Positions 16,096 through 25,199 of a stretch of DNA of 64,000 bases are shown piece after piece. Position 1 is the first letter of the stretch. The number at the start of each line of letters is the position of its first letter. The notes below the pieces were generated by a model that was not told the origin of the DNA, did not search any database, and saw nothing but the letters and a program-made list of their open reading frames with translations. The stretch lies in assembly GCA_038450185.1 (NCBI GenBank), contig GCA_038450185.1_4765.1. One strand, given 5' to 3'. This DNA comes from a phage. Both the position numbers and the translations under genes were made by a program.

Positions 16096-16572
16096 TTAAT
16101 CATGACCGTGATTTGCAATATCCGCTCGTGTCGTGTCTTTGTGATTTCCTACGTCAAAGACACGATAGCCGTTTTCTCTGAGAACTTTAATCACTTCTGG
16201 GTTATCTTCGAATACTCCCACCACTTCATCTTTATCAAATGATTTAATTACCTCTAATTTGATGTGATAGTCTTTACGGGAATCGGTACGTCCTCTCATA
16301 AAGATTTTATCAAAACACACCCCGTTAGAAATTAACCAATCAATTGTTTCCATGTAAGCATGTGAACTTCGTCCTGTGAGGATGTAAATCAAATGCCCGT
16401 TGTCGGAAAGAGCATTGATAACACGGATTACATCGTAAATGGGGGAATCTCCCCCACATGCCTTGTTATATTCGATCCATGACTCGACTTTATCAAGATT
16501 TTCGGTTGGCATCTTTGCTAGTCGATGCGTTGGATCTGTGATCGTAAAATCTAAATCGACAAAATATATCAT
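16096..16572 (-). CDS. HAD-superfamily phosphatase-like protein
   Basis: ORF track; DxD motif DLDFTIT, ILTGRS, FEDNPEV; function inferred from motifs only. Confidence 0.45.
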   Translation of the reverse strand: MIYFVDLDFTITDPTHRLAKMPTENLDKVESWIEYNKACGGDSPIYDVIRVINALSDNGHLIYILTGRSSHAYMETIDWLISNGVCFDKIFMRGRTDSRKDYHIKLEVIKSFDKDEVVGVFEDNPEVIKVLRENGYRVFDVGNHKDTTRADIANHGHD

Positions 16573-17756
16573 AGATATTTCCCGAATCGGTTGTAGTCGT
16601 CGTCTGTTAAATCGGTATTAACCTGAGATACCAGATACATGATCTCTACTTCTTGCGCCGCGTTTTGAACTTCGTCAGAGTTTAACCACTTACGCATCCA
16701 CGGTAAAGGATGACGACGAACACTAAACGGGCTTTTCAGTCCGGCAGCACGCATACGGGAATCTGCCAGGTATTCTACATAGGTTTTCAGAATTTCCGGT
16801 GACAGGTTAGGAATTGCCCCCATTGCGAATAGGTGGTCTACCCATTCTTTTTCTTGCTCGACAACATCCAGAAAGATTTTCGTTGCTTCGCCTTCAAGTT
16901 CTTCCGCAATCTGTTTCCACTCATCACCATCAACCCCCGTTTGCCATTGACGAATAATGTATTGTGTGCCTTTTAAATGAAGTTGTTCATCACGCGCAAT
17001 AAATTTCATGATCTTCGCGTTACCTTCCAGTAAACCACGTTCGGCAAAGCTGAAAGTACATGCAAAGGACACATAAAAACGGATTGCTTCCAGTGCATTG
17101 ACGCAGTGTGCACACAGATAAATCGAAGCCATCAGATCTCGTTTTGTATCTTCAAAAAATCTTCTTGCATCATCTAATTCTGTCTGATCGTCTCGTTCTT
17201 CCCAATAGTGGTGGAGAACTTCTTCTTCCCAATAGCGGAGATCTTCTTTTGCATTCTCATACTTACGAATCCAATAAAGAACATCATCATAATATTTCCC
17301 GATAGATTCCGCTCGCTTCATGATAGCAGGGTTATCGATGATCTGGTCGAACTCACTAGCCGGATCAATGAAACAGTTACGCATAATGTGTGTATAGCTT
17401 CGGCTATGAATCGTTTCGCTGAATGTCCATGTTTGCAACCATGTATCGAGAGTTGGATCAGATACAATTGGACCAAATGCTGCGGACGGTGCGCGACCTT
17501 GAATAGAATCAAGTAATGTCTGATACTTCAAGTTTTCAGTAAAGAAACGCTTTTCAACGTCACCCATATTAAGATATTGAATGCGGTCGGTTGCAAGTGA
17601 AATTTCTTCTGGACGCCAGAAAAATGACAATTGCTTTTCGATCAGTTCTTCAAATACTTGATGACGCTGAATATCATAGCGAGCGATACCCAACCCACTA
17701 CCCAGAAACATTGGTTCGTTCATAATATCAACATGTTCGCGGTTAAATACGCTCAT
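16569..17756 (-). CDS. nrdB: ribonucleotide reductase small subunit
   Basis: ORF track; 395 aa immediately upstream of nrdA as in T4; continuous ORF (no intron). Confidence 0.85.
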   Translation of the reverse strand: MSVFNREHVDIMNEPMFLGSGLGIARYDIQRHQVFEELIEKQLSFFWRPEEISLATDRIQYLNMGDVEKRFFTENLKYQTLLDSIQGRAPSAAFGPIVSDPTLDTWLQTWTFSETIHSRSYTHIMRNCFIDPASEFDQIIDNPAIMKRAESIGKYYDDVLYWIRKYENAKEDLRYWEEEVLHHYWEERDDQTELDDARRFFEDTKRDLMASIYLCAHCVNALEAIRFYVSFACTFSFAERGLLEGNAKIMKFIARDEQLHLKGTQYIIRQWQTGVDGDEWKQIAEELEGEATKIFLDVVEQEKEWVDHLFAMGAIPNLSPEILKTYVEYLADSRMRAAGLKSPFSVRRHPLPWMRKWLNSDEVQNAAQEVEIMYLVSQVNTDLTDDDYNRFGKYL

Positions 17757-17938
17757 TAATTCACCTCACTATCACTTTTTAACACAAAAGAACTTAGTAT
17801 TTCTGTTTATTTCGTTATCCTGTTGCAATTCCTGCACGGCTTCAAAACAGCTTTGATGTGATGAAAACTCCACGCTGGTAACAGTTCCTTTATTATATGA
17901 TCCTACGCTAACGGAAAGCAATAACCATACAGTAGCCA

Positions 17939-18106
17939 TTATCCTACAACCTCAAAACATTTATCATCGGGAAGAATAACCCATTCTACGCCGTATTCAT
18001 CCTCAACGTAGTAGCAAGTCCCATCATATCGAGCCTCATATACATTACCGACAACAAAGCTATCAGCTAGCTCAAAATCTACAGCAACACATTTTAATTT
18101 GGTCAT
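17939..18106 (-). CDS. hypothetical small protein
   Basis: ORF track 17939..18169 trimmed to ATG 18106 (MTKLKCVAV); promoter cassette upstream. Confidence 0.4.
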   Translation of the reverse strand: MTKLKCVAVDFELADSFVVGNVYEARYDGTCYYVEDEYGVEWVILPDDKCFEVVG

Positions 18107-18137
18107 AATAAAATCCTCACTTGTTTTTGATGGTTGT

Positions 18138-18166
18138 ATTATAGCGGGGATTTCTCCCCGCGTCAA
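18138..18166 (-). promoter_or_regulatory. early promoter cassette (TTGACG-17-TATAAT), palindromic spacer
   Basis: Spacer GCGGGGAGAAATCCCCGC. Confidence 0.5.
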
Positions 18167-18174
18167 CACTTATT

Positions 18175-20418
18175 TTACAGCTTGCAAGATGAGCACTCGC
18201 TAGCGTCTTCCGTACCATCTGCACCGTCGCGAACGTTCGCATAATACAGGGTTTTCAGACCGTAATATTGAGCAAACAACATATCATCTAACACATCAGC
18301 AATATCGACTTTACCAGTCTTATAAGTGCTTGGATCATAGGATGTATTGGAACTAATCGCCTGATCTACAAACTTCTGCATGATCGCTGCCAGTGTCAGA
18401 TAGGGCTTGTTACCTTTCTTGATCAGTGTCCAAAGCAGGTCAATAACATCAGCATTATTCTCTACGTTCGGAATAACCTGATTAAATTGCCCTTCTTTCG
18501 ATCCTTTAACCGATACAATCCCGCGAGGCGGTTCAATACCGTTTGTGCTGTTAGATACCTGAGAAGACGACTCACAAGGCATCAGAGCCGAAAGCGTACT
18601 ATTACGAATGCCATATTTTTTCAGGTCTTCGCGCAGTTCTTCCCAATCCATCTCATACACAGGATCAACCAGTTCATCTACTGTCTTTTTGTACCAGTCG
18701 ATAGGCAGTTCACCGCGTCCATAACGTGTTTCGTGCATCAGTTCGCAAGCACCCTTCTCTTTAGCCAGTTGCACACTAGCCTTAATCAGAGCATATTGCA
18801 AGCGTTCAAACGTTTTATGCGTAAACTCGTTAGCGTCTTCATATGTGAAGAAATTATCCGCTAGATATGACGCAAAGTTAGTAACACCAACACCCAGAGA
18901 GCGACGTTTTTTGGCTGTCAGAGCTTGTTCTACAGGATAATCCTGATAATCTAACAGGTTGTCAAGTGCACGCACCATAACCATAGCAATGCGTTCTACT
19001 TCTTCCATGTTTTCGATATCGAAATTACCTAAAACATATGCTGCCAAAGTACATAGGCTGATCTCTGAATCATCACGCCCCATCGGTTTAGTAGGCAGAG
19101 CAATTTCACAACACAGGTTAGATTGTTTAATTGGTGCTACATTACGAATAAACGCCCCGTGATTGTTCATGTTGTCTGTGAATGTTGGGTAGATTCGACC
19201 AGTGTTAAAACGTTCAATTGCCACCGCTAAAAACAGGTCTTCGGCTTTAACACGAGTTTTACGAACACTCGGATCTTTTTCCAGTTTTTCGTAAAGCTGG
19301 CGGAAACCTTCCTCATCTCGGAAGTACAGATCCCACAACAAGCCACCTGCAACATCTGGACTAAACAGAGTAATGTAATCCCGTTTAAGGAATCGCTCTA
19401 CCATCAGGTTATTAATCTGTACGCCGTAGTCAAGATGGCGAATGCGGTTATCTTCCACGCCCTTATTGTTCTTTAACACAATCAGACTTTCAAACTCTAA
19501 ATGCCACATTGGGTAATAGAGAGTCGCCGCCCCGCCACGAATACCGCCTTGTGAGCATGACTTAACGGCAGTCTGAAAATGTTTCCAGAATGGGATAACG
19601 CCAGTATGACGAACTTCACCATGCCCGATCTTAGATCCTTCCGCGCGAATCATGCCAGCGTTGATACCGATACCAGCACGCTTGCTAATATACTTGATGA
19701 TTGCATTTGCTGTTTCGTTGATGCCCTGCAATGAGTCATCACTTTCAATCACCACACACGAACTAAATTGTCGTGTTGGAGTACGCACACCCGCCATAAT
19801 CGGAGTAGGCAGAGAGATTTGCTTATTCGCAACAGCATTATAAAAATCAATCACATGTTCAAGTCGATTTTCTGTCTCTTCTTGATGCAAACACATACCA
19901 ATCAGCATATACGCAAATTGCGGTGTTTCGATGATTTTCTTAGTGCTGCGATCCTGAACAAGATATTTCTCTTTTAACTGCATCGCACCAGCATAGGTCA
20001 TTTTAAAATCAAGTTTATGGTCGATGAATTTCTCCAGATATTCCACTTCTTCACGGGAATATTTTTGCAGAATTTCGCGATCATATTTTCCGGTTGCAAT
20101 ATTACGCTCAATATGGCTATAAAAATCAATAGGTTGGAATTGACCGTATACTGATTTACGAAGCGCGAACATTGCAAGGTTACTTGCTACATATTGATAA
20201 TCAGGCGTTTCTACAGTAATGTTATCTGCGGCGACCTTAATCAATACTTTCTGGATATCATTGGTAGACATACCTTCTGTCAGAAGTGGTTCAACCATAT
20301 CAAACAATTCATATGGATCAACGTTATGACCTTCGGCTGCCGCTTCCAGAATTTTCATTACTTTTTCTTTTTCAAACGGAACAGTCAGACCGGAAGACTT
20401 AACAACATTTTTAATCAT
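18175..20418 (-). CDS. nrdA: ribonucleotide reductase large subunit
   Basis: ORF track; 747 aa with ATP-cone N-terminus and C-terminal CSSCKL-type tail typical of class Ia NrdA. Confidence 0.9.
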   Translation of the reverse strand: MIKNVVKSSGLTVPFEKEKVMKILEAAAEGHNVDPYELFDMVEPLLTEGMSTNDIQKVLIKVAADNITVETPDYQYVASNLAMFALRKSVYGQFQPIDFYSHIERNIATGKYDREILQKYSREEVEYLEKFIDHKLDFKMTYAGAMQLKEKYLVQDRSTKKIIETPQFAYMLIGMCLHQEETENRLEHVIDFYNAVANKQISLPTPIMAGVRTPTRQFSSCVVIESDDSLQGINETANAIIKYISKRAGIGINAGMIRAEGSKIGHGEVRHTGVIPFWKHFQTAVKSCSQGGIRGGAATLYYPMWHLEFESLIVLKNNKGVEDNRIRHLDYGVQINNLMVERFLKRDYITLFSPDVAGGLLWDLYFRDEEGFRQLYEKLEKDPSVRKTRVKAEDLFLAVAIERFNTGRIYPTFTDNMNNHGAFIRNVAPIKQSNLCCEIALPTKPMGRDDSEISLCTLAAYVLGNFDIENMEEVERIAMVMVRALDNLLDYQDYPVEQALTAKKRRSLGVGVTNFASYLADNFFTYEDANEFTHKTFERLQYALIKASVQLAKEKGACELMHETRYGRGELPIDWYKKTVDELVDPVYEMDWEELREDLKKYGIRNSTLSALMPCESSSQVSNSTNGIEPPRGIVSVKGSKEGQFNQVIPNVENNADVIDLLWTLIKKGNKPYLTLAAIMQKFVDQAISSNTSYDPSTYKTGKVDIADVLDDMLFAQYYGLKTLYYANVRDGADGTEDASECSSCKL

Positions 20419-20466
20419 ATTACCTCACTTCATATTTTAGCAGGAACAAGTTTTATCCTCCATATT

Positions 20467-20482
20467 GGGGGCTTTCGCCCCC
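20467..20482 (-). other. GGGGGCGAAAGCCCCC hairpin directly after td stop
   Basis: Reads as GAAA-loop hairpin on the mRNA-sense (minus) strand. Confidence 0.4.
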
Positions 20483-20487
20483 TTTGT

Positions 20488-21723
20488 TTATACTGCCATT
20501 TGAGCGGTGATCGCTGGATGGCTTTGATAGTTGTGAATTTTAAAGTCTTTCGGAGTCTTTGTCAATACCTCATCTAAAGACTTAAATTCCGGCAACTCAA
20601 TTGTTGGTTTATCAAACGGAACACGGCTTAACTGTTCCATAACTTGATCAAAATGGTTTTTGTAAATGTGGCAATCCCCACACTGATAAACCAGTTCGCC
20701 AACTTCTAACCCGCAAATCTTCGCGATGATATGCGTTAACAGTGCATAGCTCGCTACGTTGAACGGATTCCCTAAAAAGAGATCATTCGAACGCATGAAA
20801 AATAAACAACTCAATTTGTTGTCGTTGGAAACATAAAACTGTACCATCGGATGACATACACCTAACACAGCATTATGCGTTTCCTGTACGTTCCATGAAT
20901 CAATGATAATACGACGACTATACGGATCATTCTTGATCATGTCAATAACTTTTTGTAACTGGTCTTCCCAAATCTTCGGGCGATAGACATATTCTTCATC
21001 GTCTTTAGTGCTTGATGTGTCTACGTCCATACTAGCAAAGATCGTGGTATCTGGTGCTAAAATATCCCCACCCAGATAATCACTATCAAGCAGATAACCG
21101 AAATAACCATCATCTACCCATTCCTGGAATCCCCACAAGCAATATGCATCATTAACAAAATTAGATTGAGTCTTCCAGTGATCGGCTACTAAGAATTGAT
21201 TATATTCAGAATCAAACTCTTCATAACGCATACCACGCCAGATAGCACATAAACGGTCTTCTGTTTCATTGGTTGGCGTAAAGTCTTCTACCCACGGGTG
21301 CTTAAATGTATGTGCATATTTGCTCTTAACTCGCTTAATTTTGATTTCACCGTGTGGATGAATCGGTTTGCGTCGCCACGCCATACCATACATATTGCCG
21401 ACATTATAACCATTGAATCGCAAGGGATTCTTTTCTTTCATATCAAGACAGTTGCCGCGCCAAATATCAAAGGCTTCCTCGTCAAACTTGCCGCGTGTAA
21501 TTTCCTGTAAGCGACGGCGGTCAAGTGATCCCTCCATAAACCATAGCAATTCGCCAATTACAGAGGCTGTAGCCATCTTTTTAGTGGTCAGTAAGGGGAA
21601 ACCCTTGCTTAAGTCAATTCGCATTTCTGCACCGAATTTAGAGAGCGTACCTACCCCCGTGCGGTCTTCACGAGGCCAGCCATTATCAAGAACATCACGC
21701 AACAGTTTCAAATATTCTTTCAT
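20488..21723 (-). CDS. td: thymidylate synthase with large internal insertion
   Basis: ORF track; N-terminal DRTGVGT and C-terminal SRRIIIDSWN, LGVCHPMVQFYV, NPFNVASYAL motifs flank an extra ~110-130 aa segment; continuous ORF. Confidence 0.8.
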   Translation of the reverse strand: MKEYLKLLRDVLDNGWPREDRTGVGTLSKFGAEMRIDLSKGFPLLTTKKMATASVIGELLWFMEGSLDRRRLQEITRGKFDEEAFDIWRGNCLDMKEKNPLRFNGYNVGNMYGMAWRRKPIHPHGEIKIKRVKSKYAHTFKHPWVEDFTPTNETEDRLCAIWRGMRYEEFDSEYNQFLVADHWKTQSNFVNDAYCLWGFQEWVDDGYFGYLLDSDYLGGDILAPDTTIFASMDVDTSSTKDDEEYVYRPKIWEDQLQKVIDMIKNDPYSRRIIIDSWNVQETHNAVLGVCHPMVQFYVSNDNKLSCLFFMRSNDLFLGNPFNVASYALLTHIIAKICGLEVGELVYQCGDCHIYKNHFDQVMEQLSRVPFDKPTIELPEFKSLDEVLTKTPKDFKIHNYQSHPAITAQMAV

Positions 21724-21958
21724 CCCACTTCCCCTTTTTCTTTGCTTTCTTACGCAGTTTTGCTACTGTCTCGCTAATGTTAATAAAAATATCGTCTGGA
21801 CCGAATACAGTAACAGGTCTTGATATATCGCTATTTTCTTGTACAGGAAACCATGACGCTTTCGATTCATCATAGAGATATTGCAACCCGTAAAGATCTT
21901 CTGCTACTGCGTAGTTTTCATGGGTTGCCGACCATAATCGAATAATACTGATTTTCAT
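21695..21958 (-). CDS. hypothetical protein
   Basis: ORF track 21695..21985 (GTG); first ATG at 21958 overlaps stop of upstream mini-ORF (TAATG). Confidence 0.35.
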   Translation of the reverse strand: MKISIIRLWSATHENYAVAEDLYGLQYLYDESKASWFPVQENSDISRPVTVFGPDDIFINISETVAKLRKKAKKKGKWDERIFETVA

Positions 21959-22050
21959 TATTGTTCCCGTCCGCAGTGTAAACACCGACTACCAGCAAAC
22001 ATCAAAGATTCACCACAATGTTTGCATTCATAATCTGTCAGAATTTTCAT
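21958..22050 (-). CDS. hypothetical 30-aa zinc-ribbon peptide (CxxC-x13-CxxC)
   Basis: Hand translation MKILTDYECKHCGESLMFAGSRCLHCGREQ; sits between frd stop and next ORF. Confidence 0.3.
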   Translation of the reverse strand: MKILTDYECKHCGESLMFAGSRCLHCGREQ

Positions 22051-22051
22051 G

Positions 22052-22621
22052 TTACGCCTTCTTACGTTCTAAAATTTGTTCGCTGATCAGGTAATCATCA
22101 AGGAAGTAATTATGTTCTTCTTTTGTTGCAAAGTCAAAATATAATTCCTGAATCATTTCCTTAGAGATACCAACATCATATTCGAACGGATCATTAATTC
22201 CTGCTCGTTGAACATACGTTAACACAATACGGTCCGCAAAGTCAACCGCTTTTTCAATCAGGGAAGGTCCGCCGATAACACTTACCAAACCTTGCGTTTT
22301 CTCTAGGGCTTTTAACAGATCCTTCAATTCAATTCCAGTATACACATCAGGTTGGTCGCCGTTTTTAGCTTTCGGTTCTGGCTTGTTGGTATCGGTGCTA
22401 ACAACCACATTCAAACGTCCCCAAAGTGCTTTAGGCAGACTTTCAAAGGTATTGCGTCCCATTACTACCGCAGAAAAATCAACCTCGCCAATAGTGCGGA
22501 TTTGAAAGTTTTCCATATCTTTTTTGATTGGACGACCCCACGGTAAACCGCCTTTAAAACCAAAAGCCCAATTTTCATCCGACATTTTAGTGTCACCAAT
22601 AGCAAATACACATTGAATCAT
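22052..22621 (-). CDS. frd: dihydrofolate reductase
   Basis: ORF track; GLPWGRPIKKDM and VIGGPSL motifs; adjacent to td as in T4. Confidence 0.75.
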   Translation of the reverse strand: MIQCVFAIGDTKMSDENWAFGFKGGLPWGRPIKKDMENFQIRTIGEVDFSAVVMGRNTFESLPKALWGRLNVVVSTDTNKPEPKAKNGDQPDVYTGIELKDLLKALEKTQGLVSVIGGPSLIEKAVDFADRIVLTYVQRAGINDPFEYDVGISKEMIQELYFDFATKEEHNYFLDDYLISEQILERKKA

Positions 22622-22636
22622 AATATAAATCTCCCA

Positions 22637-22966
22637 TCAAATCAGTTTGAAATAGTTTTCGTTTACATTTTCTTCTGTGATTGCTGTCTTAAATTCTTGA
22701 CCGTTATCCGGTGTGATGAAATAACGGTCAGAATAATCACGAAAACGTTTTAAGTGAGATACACCAACATTAACACCATTTTCCCAAAAACGAAAGGTAA
22801 TCATTTTTGGTTCATATCGATAGTCGCTGGTTAACACAGTACCATCACCGCGACGGGCTTCATAAACCGTAATACATTCACGATTGGCGGCTTTTAAGCA
22901 TTCTTCAATAGTGCCGCACGAGATAATACTTACTTTTTCATCTACGATTTGTTCTACAGTCCACAT
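22637..22966 (-). CDS. hypothetical protein
   Basis: ORF track 22637..22999 trimmed to ATG 22966 with AGAGGA SD. Confidence 0.4.
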   Translation of the reverse strand: MWTVEQIVDEKVSIISCGTIEECLKAANRECITVYEARRGDGTVLTSDYRYEPKMITFRFWENGVNVGVSHLKRFRDYSDRYFITPDNGQEFKTAITEENVNENYFKLI

Positions 22967-22997
22967 AATATAATCCTCTCTTTGTTTCGATATGTGC

Positions 22998-23025
22998 ATT
23001 ATACACTATTGCGTTACGCTGTCAA
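22998..23025 (-). promoter_or_regulatory. early promoter (TTGACA-16-TATAAT)
   Basis: Hexamers upstream of gene starting 22966. Confidence 0.5.
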
Positions 23026-24030
23026 CTCTTTTTCAAAAGTTTTTACGATATACATGATAGTGCTCAATTCAGACGGCGCGACTGTTTCTGTGTAGCCATC
23101 CGGCATATCTTCTTTTGAGATATAGGAAGTTTTACCTTTCATCGCTTCCTTGATCTTGTTCTCTAATTCTAAGATCTTTTGACCGTCTTGTAAAGTCAAT
23201 TCATAAAAGATCTCGTGGTCGAATTTAGATTTCGCTGATTGGTTTCTCATTCGTTCTTGTGTTGTTAAATTGGTTATTCCAAATTTGATTCCATAAAAAC
23301 ATGATTTTTTAATTAGTTTTTGAATGTATAGTGTTCCGTGTTTTAAAGTGTTGTATCCAAATCTAGCACAACTTGAACATCTATTTCCTGATAGAAACCC
23401 GTTAATTGTTGGTGTAAATGTATGACCATTACAACATTGCAATTTTAATTTTGTTGTATTTCCTTTCCATTCACCTATAAATCCATTGAATAGTATGTTT
23501 TCTTTATCAAAGATTGGTTTAATTCTAATAATATAGTCATCTTTGGGTATTGATTTTAATTCTTTCAGTTTTAACCGGTAGCATTCTTGGCAGCGTCTTC
23601 CATTTTTGAAATTGTTAATTGTTGGTGTAAATGTATGTCCATTACAACATTGTAGATTTAATTTTGTCGATGACCTTTTCCATTCACCTATAAATCCATT
23701 GAATAGTATGTTTTCTTTATCAAAGATTGGAGTTAACTTATGTAGATGTTCATCTTCCGAAAAAGATTTCATCCTTCCATTCTTTATGTCTGCACATTTA
23801 TGACAGCGATTTCCAGCGTTGAAATTGTTAATTGTTATTGTAAATGTATGACCATTACAACATTGCAATTTTAATTTTGTTGTATTTCCTTTCCATTCAC
23901 CTATAAATCCAATAAACTTTATATTTTCTTTAAAGAATGTTGGTTTTAATTCTTCGTAGTAATTCACTGGAGATTTTGAATTGTGAGCTTTTCTAACCCA
24001 TTCAATCTCATGTGCTTGACGTACTAACAT
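23014..24030 (-). CDS. triple zinc-finger repeat protein with C-terminal T5orf172 / GIY-YIG-like domain
   Basis: ORF track 23014..24075 trimmed to ATG 24030 with GGAGG SD; three ~70-aa repeats each carrying QCCNGHTFT...C..C; C-terminal FYGIKFGITNLTTQERMRNQ. Confidence 0.5.
   Translation of the reverse strand: MLVRQAHEIEWVRKAHNSKSPVNYYEELKPTFFKENIKFIGFIGEWKGNTTKLKLQCCNGHTFTITINNFNAGNRCHKCADIKNGRMKSFSEDEHLHKLTPIFDKENILFNGFIGEWKRSSTKLNLQCCNGHTFTPTINNFKNGRRCQECYRLKLKELKSIPKDDYIIRIKPIFDKENILFNGFIGEWKGNTTKLKLQCCNGHTFTPTINGFLSGNRCSSCARFGYNTLKHGTLYIQKLIKKSCFYGIKFGITNLTTQERMRNQSAKSKFDHEIFYELTLQDGQKILELENKIKEAMKGKTSYISKEDMPDGYTETVAPSELSTIMYIVKTFEKELTA
23370..23935 (-). repeat. three in-frame tandem repeats of ~210 bp inside CDS 23014..24030
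   Basis: Near-identical nucleotide blocks visible three times in this span, encoding the zinc-finger units. Confidence 0.6.
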
Positions 24031-24060
24031 AATTTTATCCTCCGTTGTTTCTATGGGTGC

Positions 24061-24089
24061 ATTATACATTACCACATCAGCATGTCAAT
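24061..24089 (-). promoter_or_regulatory. early promoter (TTGACA-17-TATAAT)
   Basis: Hexamers upstream of gene starting 24030. Confidence 0.5.
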
Positions 24090-24114
24090 ACATTTTCATA
24101 AAATTTTATGCAAT

Positions 24115-24138
24115 AAAAAAGCCTCCCCGAAGGAAGGC
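24115..24138 (-). terminator. intrinsic terminator after gene 32
   Basis: GCCTCCC-cgaa-GGAAGGC hairpin preceded by AAAAAA. Confidence 0.55.
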
Positions 24139-24149
24139 TTTAAAATTCA

Positions 24150-25124
24150 TTACATCCCTAACAGAGCGTCAAGATCATCCAGATCAGAAGCGGAGGAAGT
24201 ACCGCCACCCAGGTCCAGAGATGCCATCAGGTCATCAGCGGAAGAATCTAACGCCGTGCTAGCTGCGTTAATACCAACTACAGTGCTAGCTGCGGTCATA
24301 CCAGAATCGAATGCATTCATCTGTGCGTCAAAATCGTCAAGCTGGCTGTTAATCGCTGCCGCAGCACTGGAAGCCGCAGCACCAGCTACCATAGAAACGC
24401 CCATAGTTTTCTTAAATTTGGTTTCCAGTTCATCGAACGGTTTAAACTGGCTAGGCGCTACAATCTCACTCAGATCAACCATGTTTTCCATCAGATATTT
24501 CTGATATGCTTCGTCTTCAATTTTCGGAAGCTGTGATTGCTGCATGAAACGAGAATCATCATAGTTCTGGTGTTTATCAACCTTCTTAGCTTTCAGGAGG
24601 AAGTTAGCACCGGAGAACACACAAGTTACATCGACCGGAACTTCGCCCATGTCGGTATTCACGTTCACCATTGCAACGATCTTATCATAAATTTTCTGAC
24701 CGAAGCGGAATTTGAATACCTTACCTTCATTTTCTGGTGCTTGAGGATCTTTCAGTACCAGAATATTTGCGTAGTAAGACGCTTTACGCTTAATCAGTTG
24801 CCATTCGGTTTTATCGGTATTGTACAAGTCTTTTTCGTTAATATATTTGCACACAGGGCAAGAATCAAAATCACCGTGGGTGCTAGAGCAGTTTTCCCAA
24901 TACCATTTGCCATTAACTTTGAAGGAATGGTTTACCAGTTTCACAATCGGCAGACCGTCTTCTGTCTTAGACGGCAGGAAGCGAATCAGGGCTTCACCGT
25001 TACCTGCTGCATCAGTCTTAATCTTCCACTCTTTCGGATCTTCTTTGGAGAAACCGTTGCCACCTTTCAGTGCGGCCAGTTGAGCTTGCAATTTGGAGCT
25101 ATCTTGACGACGAAACATGTTCAT
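24150..25124 (-). CDS. 32: single-stranded DNA-binding protein
   Basis: ORF track; strong similarity to recalled T4 gp32 ([36 protein letters not shown], acidic Ser/Asp-rich tail). Confidence 0.9.
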   Translation of the reverse strand: MNMFRRQDSSKLQAQLAALKGGNGFSKEDPKEWKIKTDAAGNGEALIRFLPSKTEDGLPIVKLVNHSFKVNGKWYWENCSSTHGDFDSCPVCKYINEKDLYNTDKTEWQLIKRKASYYANILVLKDPQAPENEGKVFKFRFGQKIYDKIVAMVNVNTDMGEVPVDVTCVFSGANFLLKAKKVDKHQNYDDSRFMQQSQLPKIEDEAYQKYLMENMVDLSEIVAPSQFKPFDELETKFKKTMGVSMVAGAAASSAAAAINSQLDDFDAQMNAFDSGMTAASTVVGINAASTALDSSADDLMASLDLGGGTSSASDLDDLDALLGM

Positions 25125-25170
25125 AATTATACCTCTTTATACATTAACTATTGATTAATTTACGTTTTAT

Positions 25171-25199
25171 ACTATATCAGATACTTAATTGCTTGTCAA
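25171..25199 (-). promoter_or_regulatory. possible promoter for gene 32 (TTGACA-17-TATAGT)
   Basis: Hexamers about 45 nt upstream of gene 32 start; overlaps 3' end of HNH gene. Confidence 0.35.

Noticed and set aside
20488-21723. Intein or group I intron in td
   Set aside because: ORF is continuous and the insert lacks intein boundary residues and any intron-like structure or internal ORF.
21413-21823. 136-aa plus-strand ORF
   Set aside because: Antisense to the thymidylate synthase gene.
24537-25154. 205-aa plus-strand ORF
   Set aside because: Lies entirely antisense to the well-supported gene 32; no RBS; treated as a spurious antisense frame.
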